A stretch of DNA of 49,822 nucleotides from a virus (IMGVR_UViG_3300044983_000106:1-49822); one strand, 5' to 3'. Shown: positions 8,261-17,239, numbered from the stretch's first letter. Program-made: numbers and translations. The notes: a model not told the origin generated them from the sequence alone.

Positions 8261-8312
8261 GGTCTCATCAGCAAGGGCATAACCCTTGGACAGCCCGTAG
8301 GCTGTTTCGACC
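8261..8312 (-). ncRNA. type II hammerhead ribozyme
   Basis: GGUC-GAAA-CAGCC(UACG)GGCUG-UC^CAAGGG(UUAUG)CCCUUG-CUGAUGA-GACC: full conserved core and three stems. Confidence 0.93.
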
Positions 8313-8473
8313 TAGGATATGATCTCGTACCCAGCCTTCGCGAACTCGCGCTTGAAGTATTCCTTGTCCTCAGGCGTCAGGGCTTTGATCTCCTCCATAA
8401 ACTCGGCGAGGTTCTGACCGGGCTTGTAACCGAAGTAATTCTTCAGTGCCTTGGTGAGGGTGGAAACGATCAT
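8312..8473 (-). CDS. small hypothetical protein (53 aa)
   Basis: SD GGGAG; stop codon G is the first base of hammerhead stem II. Confidence 0.75.
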   Translation of the reverse strand: MIVSTLTKALKNYFGYKPGQNLAEFMEEIKALTPEDKEYFKREFAKAGYEIIS

Positions 8474-8592
8474 GATGCAATCTCCCATTGTGAGGGTCTG
8501 TCCCTCTAATGCCTCAAGCCGGGTAATGCTTGCGCATGCCCGGCAGAGAAGCGATGTTGATTGCGCTAATGTAGCATGGTCGCCCTTCGGCG

Positions 8593-8769
8593 TCAAATCA
8601 CGTTTTCGTGAGGCGTCGATGGCACAAGCCAGAAGCATTCATTGCATGCCCAAGCGAATGAAAGATTGTCGTAATCATAGACATTCCAAATGTCATAGAC
8701 ATTGTGATCCGAGTCTTTGTCTGAATACCACACGTATCCGTACACCACTCCGTACTGCCTTCGGCTCAT
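8593..8769 (-). CDS. hypothetical protein
   Basis: ATGA coupling; aromatic-rich. Confidence 0.5.
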   Translation of the reverse strand: MSRRQYGVVYGYVWYSDKDSDHNVYDIWNVYDYDNLSFAWACNECFWLVPSTPHENVI

Positions 8770-9092
8770 ATCCGTCTCCATTCCTTCTTGGTGAGTGTAA
8801 TCAGTGTGCGTGTTGGGCTTTGGGGGCGAACCCCTGCGGGGACTGCCACTGAGGTGGCCTTTGGCTTTAGTATCCCCACTGAGGTTAGCAACTGCGCAGC
8901 CACTGCGGCCTTAGCCCTATTGGCCGCGTCGAGTATATCTTGCGCACTACGCATAGCCTTGGGCATTGGTGCACCCACTGGCACTATGGCCTCGCCGGTG
9001 AAATCATCAACCATAGGCGCAGCCACTGCCCTACCGTCCGAGAGGCTTTCCACCTTCAACACTGGTGGGTTAGGGCGTGATTTGCCGGGCAT
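8766..9092 (-). CDS. hypothetical protein
   Basis: TAATG coupling. Confidence 0.6.
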   Translation of the reverse strand: MPGKSRPNPPVLKVESLSDGRAVAAPMVDDFTGEAIVPVGAPMPKAMRSAQDILDAANRAKAAVAAQLLTSVGILKPKATSVAVPAGVRPQSPTRTLITLTKKEWRRI

Positions 9093-9316
9093 TAATCCGG
9101 TATCTCCACGCACTCAATCATACTGTCACAATCGAAGAACATTTGCTTAACCGCGTTGTGATCTGCTGCCACAGAGCGAATGTCTTCGCGCCATTCTTCG
9201 TCCTTTGTCACCTTGCTGTGGCTAAACACAGCGCACAACCAATTAGGTGCTTGTACAATCTCAGTTATCAGATCATTATCTGACCAATCAATATAGCTCA
9301 CCGCCCATCTGGCCAT
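9092..9316 (-). CDS. hypothetical early protein
   Basis: First gene after the 9349-9377 promoter, SD GGAG. Confidence 0.65.
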   Translation of the reverse strand: MARWAVSYIDWSDNDLITEIVQAPNWLCAVFSHSKVTKDEEWREDIRSVAADHNAVKQMFFDCDSMIECVEIPD

Positions 9317-9348
9317 AACCGCTGCTCCCTCTCCCATTGTGTCCCTTG

Positions 9349-9377
9349 ACTATACCACACACCGCCACATTTGTCAA
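9349..9377 (-). promoter_or_regulatory. strong sigma70-type promoter
   Basis: TTGACA-N17-TATAGT with TG extended -10. Confidence 0.88.
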
Positions 9378-9457
9378 CGCAAATCTCAGGTGAAATCGCC
9401 ACTGGCAGGTGCTCGCACGCAGGTATTGCCATTGGCCTTGGTCTCCGTCATCTGCCA

Positions 9458-9629
9458 TTCCCCTCAAACCCCTGTGATACCCTCATACCACACCTAGGGG
9501 TGCCCGGTCGCGGATCTGGGTCTAGGTCTATGTTCATCAGCTTTTTTTTTGGACGAGACCTAGACCCAAGCCCGTGTCCCTGTCCACCCGGGGTCGTGGT
9601 ATGAGAGTATGTGAGGACCTTGAGGGGAA
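9458..9629. repeat. nested inverted repeats forming a rod-like palindrome around a T9 run
   Basis: 9458-9467/9620-9629, 9482-9491/9596-9605, 9517-9529/9556-9568. Confidence 0.8.
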
Positions 9630-9813
9630 GGTGAGGTGACCTAGGTGCAGGTTAGCAGGTACGATAACCCAAGGTGAGGCCGATGGCCCTGAGCCACTTG
9701 CGGTATGTGCTAACGTGGTGATTGTAATGATGCATGGTGTCGGGCTCCATGTGTGAGTGTGGCCTTTGGCTGGCCACACCGCGACGATACCACTCGGCCG
9801 ATCTGGCGTCAAG

Positions 9814-9877
9814 TCACGATTTTGTGAATTCGATCACGATTTTGTGATTTGACCGGCCGACCGGACCATGCGATGCT
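9814..9877 (+). promoter_or_regulatory. tandem TCACGATTTTGTGA operator-like repeats followed by a promoter
   Basis: Two 14-bp copies (9814-9827, 9834-9847), then TTGACC-N17-GATGCT. Confidence 0.6.
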
Positions 9878-9925
9878 GTGTGGGTCGCCAAGGCAATCAC
9901 GCCACTCCGCGACATGGAGCCCATC

Positions 9926-10189
9926 ATGGCCAAGTCACCCGCTGAATACATTGCCCTCAACCCGAAGGGTAAGTCCGACGCCTTTCGCACTGCCTACGCA
10001 GACATGGAGGACCTGACCGAGACCTACCGCGAGACCATGCGCACCCTTGGCGAGACCTTGCTCGCCGCTGCCTTGGCCGATGGCTTCGTCATCCCTCCGG
10101 GCATGGCCGCCCGCGTCGTGGCCTCGCGCTTCGATGGCAAGCTCCAGATCATGCTCACCGAAGCCACCACGCAGCGCAAGAGCTTCTAG
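9926..10189 (+). CDS. hypothetical protein in its own transcription unit
   Basis: SD GGAG, strong C-ending codon bias, flanked by promoter and hairpin. Confidence 0.75.
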   Translation: MAKSPAEYIALNPKGKSDAFRTAYADMEDLTETYRETMRTLGETLLAAALADGFVIPPGMAARVVASRFDGKLQIMLTEATTQRKSF

Positions 10190-10214
10190 CCCTGCACTGC
10201 GATCGCCCATCCCA

Positions 10215-10253
10215 TTGGCCCTGCCCCTTCGCCGGGGGCAGGGCCAAAATTTT
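10215..10253 (+). terminator. 13-bp GC-rich hairpin, putative terminator
   Basis: TTGGCCCTGCCCC-TTCGCC-GGGGCAGGGCCAA then AATTTTT. Confidence 0.65.
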
Positions 10254-10324
10254 GGCCTTCGCGTGGGGCCAGTCTACCCCAGCAAATTGTGTGAGAAAAT
10301 TGAATAAGCTGTATAATGGGCCAC

Positions 10325-10352
10325 TTGACATCCTGACGGATTGTGCTAGGGT
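10325..10352 (+). promoter_or_regulatory. putative promoter for packaging/late operon
   Basis: TTGACA-N16-TAGGGT; weak -10. Confidence 0.45.
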
Positions 10353-10400
10353 TATGAGTGACGGTGGTAGACTGACTCTGCCACGATTGGAGTGAAGGCG

Positions 10401-10781
10401 ATGTTGGAGGGATTTGTTGATGTAACAGCGGTGTTGCGCTGTGGGGTCTATGCCTTGGTTCGGGATGGCGCAGTGGTTTACGTCGGTCAGGGCAAGAAGA
10501 TGATCGCTCGAGTCGAGGCCCATCGATCCAACTGGGGTCGGAAGTCCGTGCCGGCGTGGATGCCGGTGTCGCTCCGAGGCGTCCTGTTCGATCAGGTCTA
10601 CGTCCTTCCTTGCCGCGTCGAAGATCTCGACCGGCTTGAAGCCGCCATGATCGATCTCTACAAGCCCAAGTTCAACATCAAGCTCAAGGCACCAACCCCG
10701 CTGACCCGTCAGCCCATCACAGTGTGTGGGGTCCCACTGAACTTCCGTCCGCCTACTCAAGGCTTCGAACGAAGGATCTAA
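10401..10781 (+). CDS. GIY-YIG endonuclease
   Basis: GVYAL...VYVGQ...R..H...LE..MI...KPKFN. Confidence 0.85.
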   Translation: MLEGFVDVTAVLRCGVYALVRDGAVVYVGQGKKMIARVEAHRSNWGRKSVPAWMPVSLRGVLFDQVYVLPCRVEDLDRLEAAMIDLYKPKFNIKLKAPTPLTRQPITVCGVPLNFRPPTQGFERRI

Positions 10782-10784
10782 CCC

Positions 10785-11399
10785 GTGCCACTCAAGTCAG
10801 GCCATCTCAACGCCGCCCAACCCGAGATCTCTGGCATCCGGGTGCTTGCGCGTGCGGACCTCAGCGTCCTGTTGGAGAAGCGGCCGCAGACCCTCCTGAA
10901 GTCCCTCTCGGATGGTCATCACCGTGTGGCTCGGGCTGTGGCCGCTGGCCTTTCGAATCTGGACGTGGCCGCCATCACCGGCCGCACTGCCACCCGCATT
11001 GCCATGCTCAAGCAGGACCCCGCCTTCATCGAACTAGTTGCACACTACCGCGGGATCGTGACCTCGGACTACGTTACCTCAGTCGACTCCTACATGGAAG
11101 TTGCCACTTCGAACATGCTCAAGGCCGAAACGATGCTTGGCGACAAGCTCGACGAAGCTCAAGACTCTGGCGAGACTCTGCCCACCCGCGACCTCATTGC
11201 CATCTCCCGCGACGCCGCCGATCGCTTCGGCTACGGCAAGATGCAAAAGAACCTGAACGTCAACGTCGACTTCGCGTCGCAACTCGAAGCCGCACGGAAA
11301 CGTTCCTCGCAATCCCGAGCGCAGCCCCCTCGGGCGGCCCCAGAGACTCCCCCTGCCCTGGCCTTGTCTCTGGGGCCAACGTCGTTCAGGAGACTGTAA
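10785..11399 (+). CDS. terS: terminase small subunit (HTH)
   Basis: HTH (GLSNLDVAAITGRTATRIAMLKQDPAF); upstream of terL. Confidence 0.7.
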   Translation: MPLKSGHLNAAQPEISGIRVLARADLSVLLEKRPQTLLKSLSDGHHRVARAVAAGLSNLDVAAITGRTATRIAMLKQDPAFIELVAHYRGIVTSDYVTSVDSYMEVATSNMLKAETMLGDKLDEAQDSGETLPTRDLIAISRDAADRFGYGKMQKNLNVNVDFASQLEAARKRSSQSRAQPPRAAPETPPALALSLGPTSFRRL

Positions 11400-11405
11400 T
11401 GGCCT

Positions 11406-11790
11406 CCTGCCACAGTAGGGATCCCACGGATGCTTGACCGCCCGGATGGTAGTCGGACATCGGCTGGGCCGGTTGCAACCGGGGGATCCCGACCACTCTC
11501 GACTGAGCCGATGTCCGATTGGCCCGAGCACTATCACACTAGCGAAAGGACAGGTCCCACCTCAGGCATGACCCAACCGAGGTCAGCCACACTAGTGCCG
11601 AGCTTATGCACCCTAGTCCCCCAATATCCGCCATTCCACGGGAGCGAAGGCGCACAAGCTAACCACGATCACAGCGCGCGATCATGGGGCCCATCGGCCG
11701 CGCTTTGGTCGGAGACCGTTCAAGGATTCACGGATGAAGAACGTCTCCCCCTACCAAAGCGGATGCGGGGTTCGGAATGCTAGCCCCCGC
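11406..11790 (+). ncRNA. putative structured RNA between terS and terL
   Basis: 15-bp stem 11451-11465/11506-11520 plus at least six further stems; G-U pairs mostly favour the plus strand. Confidence 0.6.
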
Positions 11791-13312
11791 CCCAAAATCC
11801 CTAGAGATGTCCGCCGACCTCCTGTCTTGGTTGGCCGAGGTCGCCGATGACCCCTACGCCTTCGCCCTAGGCGCCTTCCCATGGGGTGAAGCCGGAACAG
11901 TGTTGGAGAACCACGTCCTCGACCCATGGCAAGTTTGGGTCCTATGCGCCATCCGCGACCGTATCCTCAACATCGACGAGGCCATCCAAATCGCAGTCGC
12001 CTCTGGCCACGGTATCGGCAAATCCGCCCTCGTCGCGATCATCATCCTTTGGGCCTTCACCACCTTCCCAGACACCCTTGGCATCGTGACCGCCAACACC
12101 GAAACGCAGTTGAAGACCAAAACCTGGTCTGCCCTCGGAAAGTGGTTCAACCTCTGTTGGTTCGCCCGAGAACACTTCACCCTAAACGCCACCAGCCTAT
12201 TGTCCAAGGACCCCACCCGCGAGCGCACATGGCGCATCGACATGATCCCTTGGTCCGAGAAGAACCCCGAAGCCTTTGCCGGCATGCATAACGAAGGCAA
12301 GCGCGTCCTCGTGATCTTCGACGAAGCCTCTGCCATCCATGACCTCATCTGGGAAACGGCCGAGGGTGCCCTGACCGATGCCAAAACCCAAATCCTGTGG
12401 CTCTGCTTCGGCAACCCCACCCGCAACTCCGGCCGCTTCCGTGAATGCTTCGAAGGAGGAAAGCACAATGCCTTTTGGCTGACCCGACAAATTGATTCCC
12501 GCACCGTCGCCATTACTAACAAGTCTCGATTTGAGAAGTGGATTAAGGCTTATGGTGCTGATAGCGATTTCGTCCGCGTACGTGTCCTAGGGCAGTTCCC
12601 GCGTATCGGTGAGATGGAGTTCTTCTCGGCAGCCGATATTGACGCGGCTATGTCGCCAGACCGGGAAGTTTTCGTTGACGCCTTTACCCCATTGGCTCTC
12701 GGTGTGGACGTTGCTCGTTTTGGTCGTAACAACTCGGTCTTGTTCCCTCGCAAGGGTCGCGATGCTAGAACGATTCCAAAACGCGTTTACAACGGCCTCT
12801 CCACCGTCGAAGTCGCCAACCGAGTCCACTCCTGCTTCATCGAACTCCGCCCCGATGGCATCTTCATCGATGAAGGCGGTGTCGGTGGCGGTGTCGTTGA
12901 CAACTGCCGGCGTCAGCAACTCTACGTCCTTGGCATCCAGTTTCAACAAAAGGACTCCATCACTGGCGTCGTCAATGACAACTCCGGCGAACGCTACGCC
13001 AACATGCGTGCTGCTATGTATGGCGCCGCAAGAGCCTGGCTCAAAGGCGGCATGCTGCCAATTGATCCCGACCTTCGCACCGCAATGCTCGCCATCAAAT
13101 ACACCTTCAATCTCCGAGATGAAATCATCCTTGTTTCCAAAGAAGACCTTCTTGATGACAATCCCGACCTTGATCTGGATTCTCTCGACGCCTTTTGTCT
13201 CACTTTTGGTGGACCCTTGGCCACCAATGCTTATGCCGGCGGTGACCATCCCCACCCACCGCTTGTGGAAAGTGAATATGATCCATACGCTTCAGAAAGG
13301 ATGAGCACATAA
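11777..13312 (+). CDS. terL: terminase large subunit
   Basis: SGHGIGKS Walker A, IFDEAS Walker B, FGNPTR, GVDVARFG nuclease motif; start may be 11807. Confidence 0.95.
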   Translation: MLAPAPKSLEMSADLLSWLAEVADDPYAFALGAFPWGEAGTVLENHVLDPWQVWVLCAIRDRILNIDEAIQIAVASGHGIGKSALVAIIILWAFTTFPDTLGIVTANTETQLKTKTWSALGKWFNLCWFAREHFTLNATSLLSKDPTRERTWRIDMIPWSEKNPEAFAGMHNEGKRVLVIFDEASAIHDLIWETAEGALTDAKTQILWLCFGNPTRNSGRFRECFEGGKHNAFWLTRQIDSRTVAITNKSRFEKWIKAYGADSDFVRVRVLGQFPRIGEMEFFSAADIDAAMSPDREVFVDAFTPLALGVDVARFGRNNSVLFPRKGRDARTIPKRVYNGLSTVEVANRVHSCFIELRPDGIFIDEGGVGGGVVDNCRRQQLYVLGIQFQQKDSITGVVNDNSGERYANMRAAMYGAARAWLKGGMLPIDPDLRTAMLAIKYTFNLRDEIILVSKEDLLDDNPDLDLDSLDAFCLTFGGPLATNAYAGGDHPHPPLVESEYDPYASERMST

Positions 13313-13575
13313 TGGTCGATCCCATCACCCTCACCGGCCTCGCCCTAGCCGCAGTCGGCGGCGCCACAGCCGCTGGCCTTGCTGGAGGTGGTGCCAGCGC
13401 CGCTCCCGCTCCCACACCGGCCTCCCCAACTGCTCCTGCCCCAACCGCCTCGGCCCCACCGGCTTCCAACCCCATGGGCCAAGCCAAGAAGCCGCCGCCT
13501 CAACAACAGTCATTTATCGGTGCAGCCGCTACACCATCAACCCAATCTGGGCAGAAGACTCTCTTAGGTCAATGA
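13312..13575 (+). CDS. small Pro/Ala-rich virion protein (T7 gp7.3-like position)
   Basis: Ends QKTLLGQ, typical of genes ahead of BPP-1-like portals. Confidence 0.65.
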   Translation: MVDPITLTGLALAAVGGATAAGLAGGGASAAPAPTPASPTAPAPTASAPPASNPMGQAKKPPPQQQSFIGAAATPSTQSGQKTLLGQ

Positions 13576-13576
13576 C

Positions 13577-13723
13577 ATGCGCATAGGCAAAGTTGACCTT
13601 GTAGTCTACCGCTCCGGCGTCTGGTGGGGATGGATCAACCTTCGCCACTGCCACAGTTGGCGCTGGGCCATTCTCTACCTCGGCCGCATTGGCATTTGCT
13701 GGCATGTACGTCCATGCCCGTAG
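13577..13723 (+). CDS. small Trp-rich hypothetical protein (48 aa)
   Basis: Hand-translated; fills the gap after 13575. Confidence 0.35.
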   Translation: MRIGKVDLVVYRSGVWWGWINLRHCHSWRWAILYLGRIGICWHVRPCP

Positions 13724-13890
13724 TCCCCATGCCCACTGCAAAACCGCCGACCAAAGGCCCCAAGCGCCTTCAAGACACTCGCCCTCCACCTTCCCAATCC
13801 TTTGCCCTTATGGCGGCCGCGCAAATGCATAACGAAGGGCGCCTCATCCCCGATCTCCCACCGCAGATGGGCGGTAAGGAACCGACATGA
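13714..13890 (+). CDS. hypothetical protein
   Basis: MPVVPMP start; ATGA overlap with next gene. Confidence 0.5.
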   Translation: MPVVPMPTAKPPTKGPKRLQDTRPPPSQSFALMAAAQMHNEGRLIPDLPPQMGGKEPT

Positions 13891-14273
13891 CCAAGAATCT
13901 TATTGAAGCAGAGTTCTGGTGGCTGGTTGGTATCTTAGAAGGTGAAGGCTTCTTCGATTACAACAATGGCACGCAGCGTATAAGTGTTGCTATGACCGAT
14001 CTTGACATCATACAGAAGGTGTCGAGTATCTTCACCAAAATCTCTGGCAGAGAGTATGCTATCCGACATAGACATTACGCAAAGGCTGAGTACACTGAAT
14101 TATATGAAGTTCATGTGTTTGGGCAAACTGCACGTGAAATCCTTTTGATGATTGTACCGCACATGAGTGCCCGGCGGCGACAAAGAATTTGGCAAATGTT
14201 GAATGGCTATAGGTCCAAGATACAGAAGCTGGATGTTGCTCAGATCGTGCAGTTTCATTTGGGTAACAAGTGA
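13887..14273 (+). CDS. free-standing single-motif LAGLIDADG endonuclease
   Basis: WLVGILEGEGFF...V.MTD; AT-richer than flanks. Confidence 0.8.
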   Translation: MTKNLIEAEFWWLVGILEGEGFFDYNNGTQRISVAMTDLDIIQKVSSIFTKISGREYAIRHRHYAKAEYTELYEVHVFGQTAREILLMIVPHMSARRRQRIWQMLNGYRSKIQKLDVAQIVQFHLGNK

Positions 14274-16015
14274 TGAATGCTCATACCCCGCCGCCAATTG
14301 ATTTGAATGGCAATACCAAAGATCAAGCAGCGCTGCGTTATAGCGAGGGGCGTCTAATCGGTCTACGAGTAAATCGTTACTCGTGGTGGACACATTGGAG
14401 GGAGTTGGCGGATTATTTTCTGCCAAGACGTTACAAATGGATCATAACCCCGAATATGATGGCCCGAGGGTCGCCTATCAATCAACATATTCTCGATTCA
14501 ACCGGTGTCATTTGTGCAAGGAACTTAGCTTCTGGTCTCGTAAGTGGAAAGAGCTCCCCCACTCGGCCATGGTTCAAGCTGCGTATTGGCAAGATCGATT
14601 CAACACAAACGTCTCCGGTTTCACTCTGGCTCGCAGAGTGCGAACGTCTCCTCTACCTCATCTTCTCCGAATCTAACTTCTACAACACCATTGCCCAGTT
14701 CTACTTCGACCTTGTGATCTTCGGCACAGCGTCGATGCTCATCTACGAGGACTTCGAGAATGTCATCAACTGCATCAATCCATGCGCGGGTGAGTACTAC
14801 GTTGACATTGATGGTAAGTACCGTCCAACCATTTTCTATCGAGAGTTCACGCTTACGGTGGACGCAGTTGTGGCTGAGTTCGGGTACGACAACTGTTCCG
14901 ACTCGGTACAGCAATTGTATCGAGACGCCGGTGGGGCCAATCGAACGCGTGAGTTGATAATCGCCCACTCCATCGAACCCAACAACGATGGCAATGCCGA
15001 GGCCTTTGGCATCCCCAGCATGTTCGCCTTCCGTGAGTTCTATTGGGAATGGGGTGGCAGTGCCTCCCCCCAAGGCTCGAACTTCCAGCCCCGTGGCTTC
15101 CTTCGCAAGAAGGGCTACTTCGAACAGCCCAACATCACCGGCCGATGGGACATCGTCTCGAACGACGCCTATGGCCGCTCCCCCGCCATGGACGCCCTCC
15201 CCGACCAGAAGCAAGTCCAACTAGAACAGCGTCGCAAGGCCCAAGCCATCGACAAGATGGTCAACCCGCCCCTCGTAGCCGATGTCCAGTTGAAGAACCA
15301 ACCCGCGTCATTGCTCCCGGGCGGGATGACCTACGTCTCTGGCTTCACCACCTCCGGTAAACCCGGCATCGCCTCGGTCTACGACACCAAGTTCCCAGTC
15401 GCCGAGATCGTTCAAGACCTTGAAGAAGTCCGTGCTCGCCTCGGAAAGATCTTCTTCAACGACGTCCTGATGACCGCCTCGCAGTTCGAAACCCGTTCCA
15501 ACGTCACCGCTGTCGAATGGAACATGCGCAAGTCCGAGTCCATGGTGGCTCTAGGCCCGGCCCTAGACCGGATCGATTTCGAAGTCCTCTCCCCAACCAT
15601 CGAACGCGCCTTCGGCATTGCCTCCCGTGCTGGCATCTTGCCTCCTGCCCCACCCGAAATCGCCGGCGCTATGATCAACATCACCTACATCTCCATGCTC
15701 AAGCAAGCTCAAGATGCTTCAGCCTCCAGTGGCATCGAAGATGTCCTTCGCATGGCCGGTGAGTTGGTTGCGACCAAACCCGAGGCCATGGACAACATCG
15801 ACATCGACTACGCTATTGACAAATACTCCTACCTGCGCGGTAATGATCCCAAGATGATCCGTAGTCCCAAAGACCTTGAACAGATCCGTGCCGATCGGGC
15901 CCAGCAGGCCCAAGCCGCTCAGCAAGCCCAGATCGCCGAACAGCTTTCCTCGGGCGCTGCCAACCTCTCCAAGGCCGGCCTAATGCCCCGTGGCCAACAA
16001 CCGGTGCCAGCATGA
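14270..16015 (+). CDS. portal (head-to-tail connector), BPP-1/T7-like
   Basis: W.ELADY..P, LASGL.SG...P..PWF, YGRSPAMDAL, TAVE motifs. Confidence 0.95.
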   Translation: MMNAHTPPPIDLNGNTKDQAALRYSEGRLIGLRVNRYSWWTHWRELADYFLPRRYKWIITPNMMARGSPINQHILDSTGVICARNLASGLVSGKSSPTRPWFKLRIGKIDSTQTSPVSLWLAECERLLYLIFSESNFYNTIAQFYFDLVIFGTASMLIYEDFENVINCINPCAGEYYVDIDGKYRPTIFYREFTLTVDAVVAEFGYDNCSDSVQQLYRDAGGANRTRELIIAHSIEPNNDGNAEAFGIPSMFAFREFYWEWGGSASPQGSNFQPRGFLRKKGYFEQPNITGRWDIVSNDAYGRSPAMDALPDQKQVQLEQRRKAQAIDKMVNPPLVADVQLKNQPASLLPGGMTYVSGFTTSGKPGIASVYDTKFPVAEIVQDLEEVRARLGKIFFNDVLMTASQFETRSNVTAVEWNMRKSESMVALGPALDRIDFEVLSPTIERAFGIASRAGILPPAPPEIAGAMINITYISMLKQAQDASASSGIEDVLRMAGELVATKPEAMDNIDIDYAIDKYSYLRGNDPKMIRSPKDLEQIRADRAQQAQAAQQAQIAEQLSSGAANLSKAGLMPRGQQPVPA

Positions 16016-16215
16016 CCATTATCGCATCCTGCGGCCAAGTTCGCCATATCACCGTCGACCCCTTCGGCCGAGTCTTCGAAGTCACCAACCTGTTCGACAA
16101 GTTCGGCGAACCAACCCTCGACCCTGTGCTTGCGTCCACTTGTGTGATCATGCTTTCCGATGGCGCTTGGCTGCCACAAGATGCCAACGACGTTCCCATC
16201 TACACGGTTCATTGA
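16012..16215 (+). CDS. hypothetical protein
   Basis: Coupled between portal and Bbp19-like gene. Confidence 0.6.
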   Translation: MTIIASCGQVRHITVDPFGRVFEVTNLFDKFGEPTLDPVLASTCVIMLSDGAWLPQDANDVPIYTVH

Positions 16216-16632
16216 ATGAACAATGCCGCCGATCGCAAATCAATCCGCCGACTCGAGAAGCAGGCCAAACTTGCCGATGCCAATCGCCGTGCCACCATCA
16301 CCTCCCTCATGTCCACTTCCTTCGGTCGCCAGTGGATGTGGGATGTCCTCGCCCAATGCCATTGCTTCTCCACCACCTTCAACGGCGACGCCCTTCAATC
16401 CGCGTTCATGGAAGGCCAACGCGCGATTGGCCTTGCCATCATCTCCGACATCATGCTCGCGTGTCCCGACCAATATATTCAAGCCATGAGGGAATCCAAT
16501 GAACGATCAAGTCTCGACGAACGACGCAGCAGCCAGGAGTCCGACGGGGGAGATTCTGGATCAGTCCCAAGTGACGACGCCAGCAGCGACGACACCTACG
16601 GAACCGACGGTATCATCTACGGCGGTCGCTGA
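16216..16632 (+). CDS. Bbp19-like protein
   Basis: LMST..GRQWMW...AFMEGQRAIGL...CPDQY. Confidence 0.75.
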   Translation: MNNAADRKSIRRLEKQAKLADANRRATITSLMSTSFGRQWMWDVLAQCHCFSTTFNGDALQSAFMEGQRAIGLAIISDIMLACPDQYIQAMRESNERSSLDERRSSQESDGGDSGSVPSDDASSDDTYGTDGIIYGGR

Positions 16633-17239
16633 TGCAACATCTCCGAGTGACTCGACCAAGTCTGCTGATTCCACACAGCCTCCTCCGGCCAAAGCCGACG
16701 CCAATACCACTGCACCCGAGAAATATGAATTCAAGGCCCCCGACAACTACACCATTGATCCCGCCGCCATTGCCGCTGCGACCCCGATCTTCAAGGAACT
16801 CGGCCTGACCCAGGACCAAGCCCAGAAGCTGATGGATATCCAAATCGCCAGAGAGATCGCCCTGGCCAAAGCTCCCGACGAGGCCGTTCGCACCATGCGC
16901 AATGGCTGGCGTGGTGAGACCGAATCTCACGCTGAGATCAAGGCCACCGTGGACAAGAACTCTGGCAAAACCGGCATGGATGCAGTCAAAGTCAACATCG
17001 CCCGAACTCTCAGCGTCCTCCCGGTCGACCTTCAAGTCGAATTCAAAGACGCTATGAACCTCACTGGCGCCGGCGATCACCCGGCCTTTGTCCGCGCCTT
17101 CAACAAACTCGCTGCCTTCGTCACCGAAGGCTCCCACGTCAATGGCAAAGGCCCATCCGAACTGGGCCAAACCAAACCCGGCACCACTACCAAACCCGAC
17201 GCTGCCTCTGCCATGTACCCGACCCTGGCCCGCGGCTAA
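16499..17239 (+). CDS. capsid scaffolding protein
   Basis: APEKYEFK, FKELGLTQDQAQKL, G.GDHP.FVRAF, MYP end; precedes MCP. Confidence 0.85.
   Translation: MNDQVSTNDAAARSPTGEILDQSQVTTPAATTPTEPTVSSTAVADATSPSDSTKSADSTQPPPAKADANTTAPEKYEFKAPDNYTIDPAAIAAATPIFKELGLTQDQAQKLMDIQIAREIALAKAPDEAVRTMRNGWRGETESHAEIKATVDKNSGKTGMDAVKVNIARTLSVLPVDLQVEFKDAMNLTGAGDHPAFVRAFNKLAAFVTEGSHVNGKGPSELGQTKPGTTTKPDAASAMYPTLARG

Noticed and set aside
9534-9540. CUGAUGA on the minus strand as a second hammerhead
   Set aside because: No GAAA or three-stem arrangement; it lies in the loop of the palindrome
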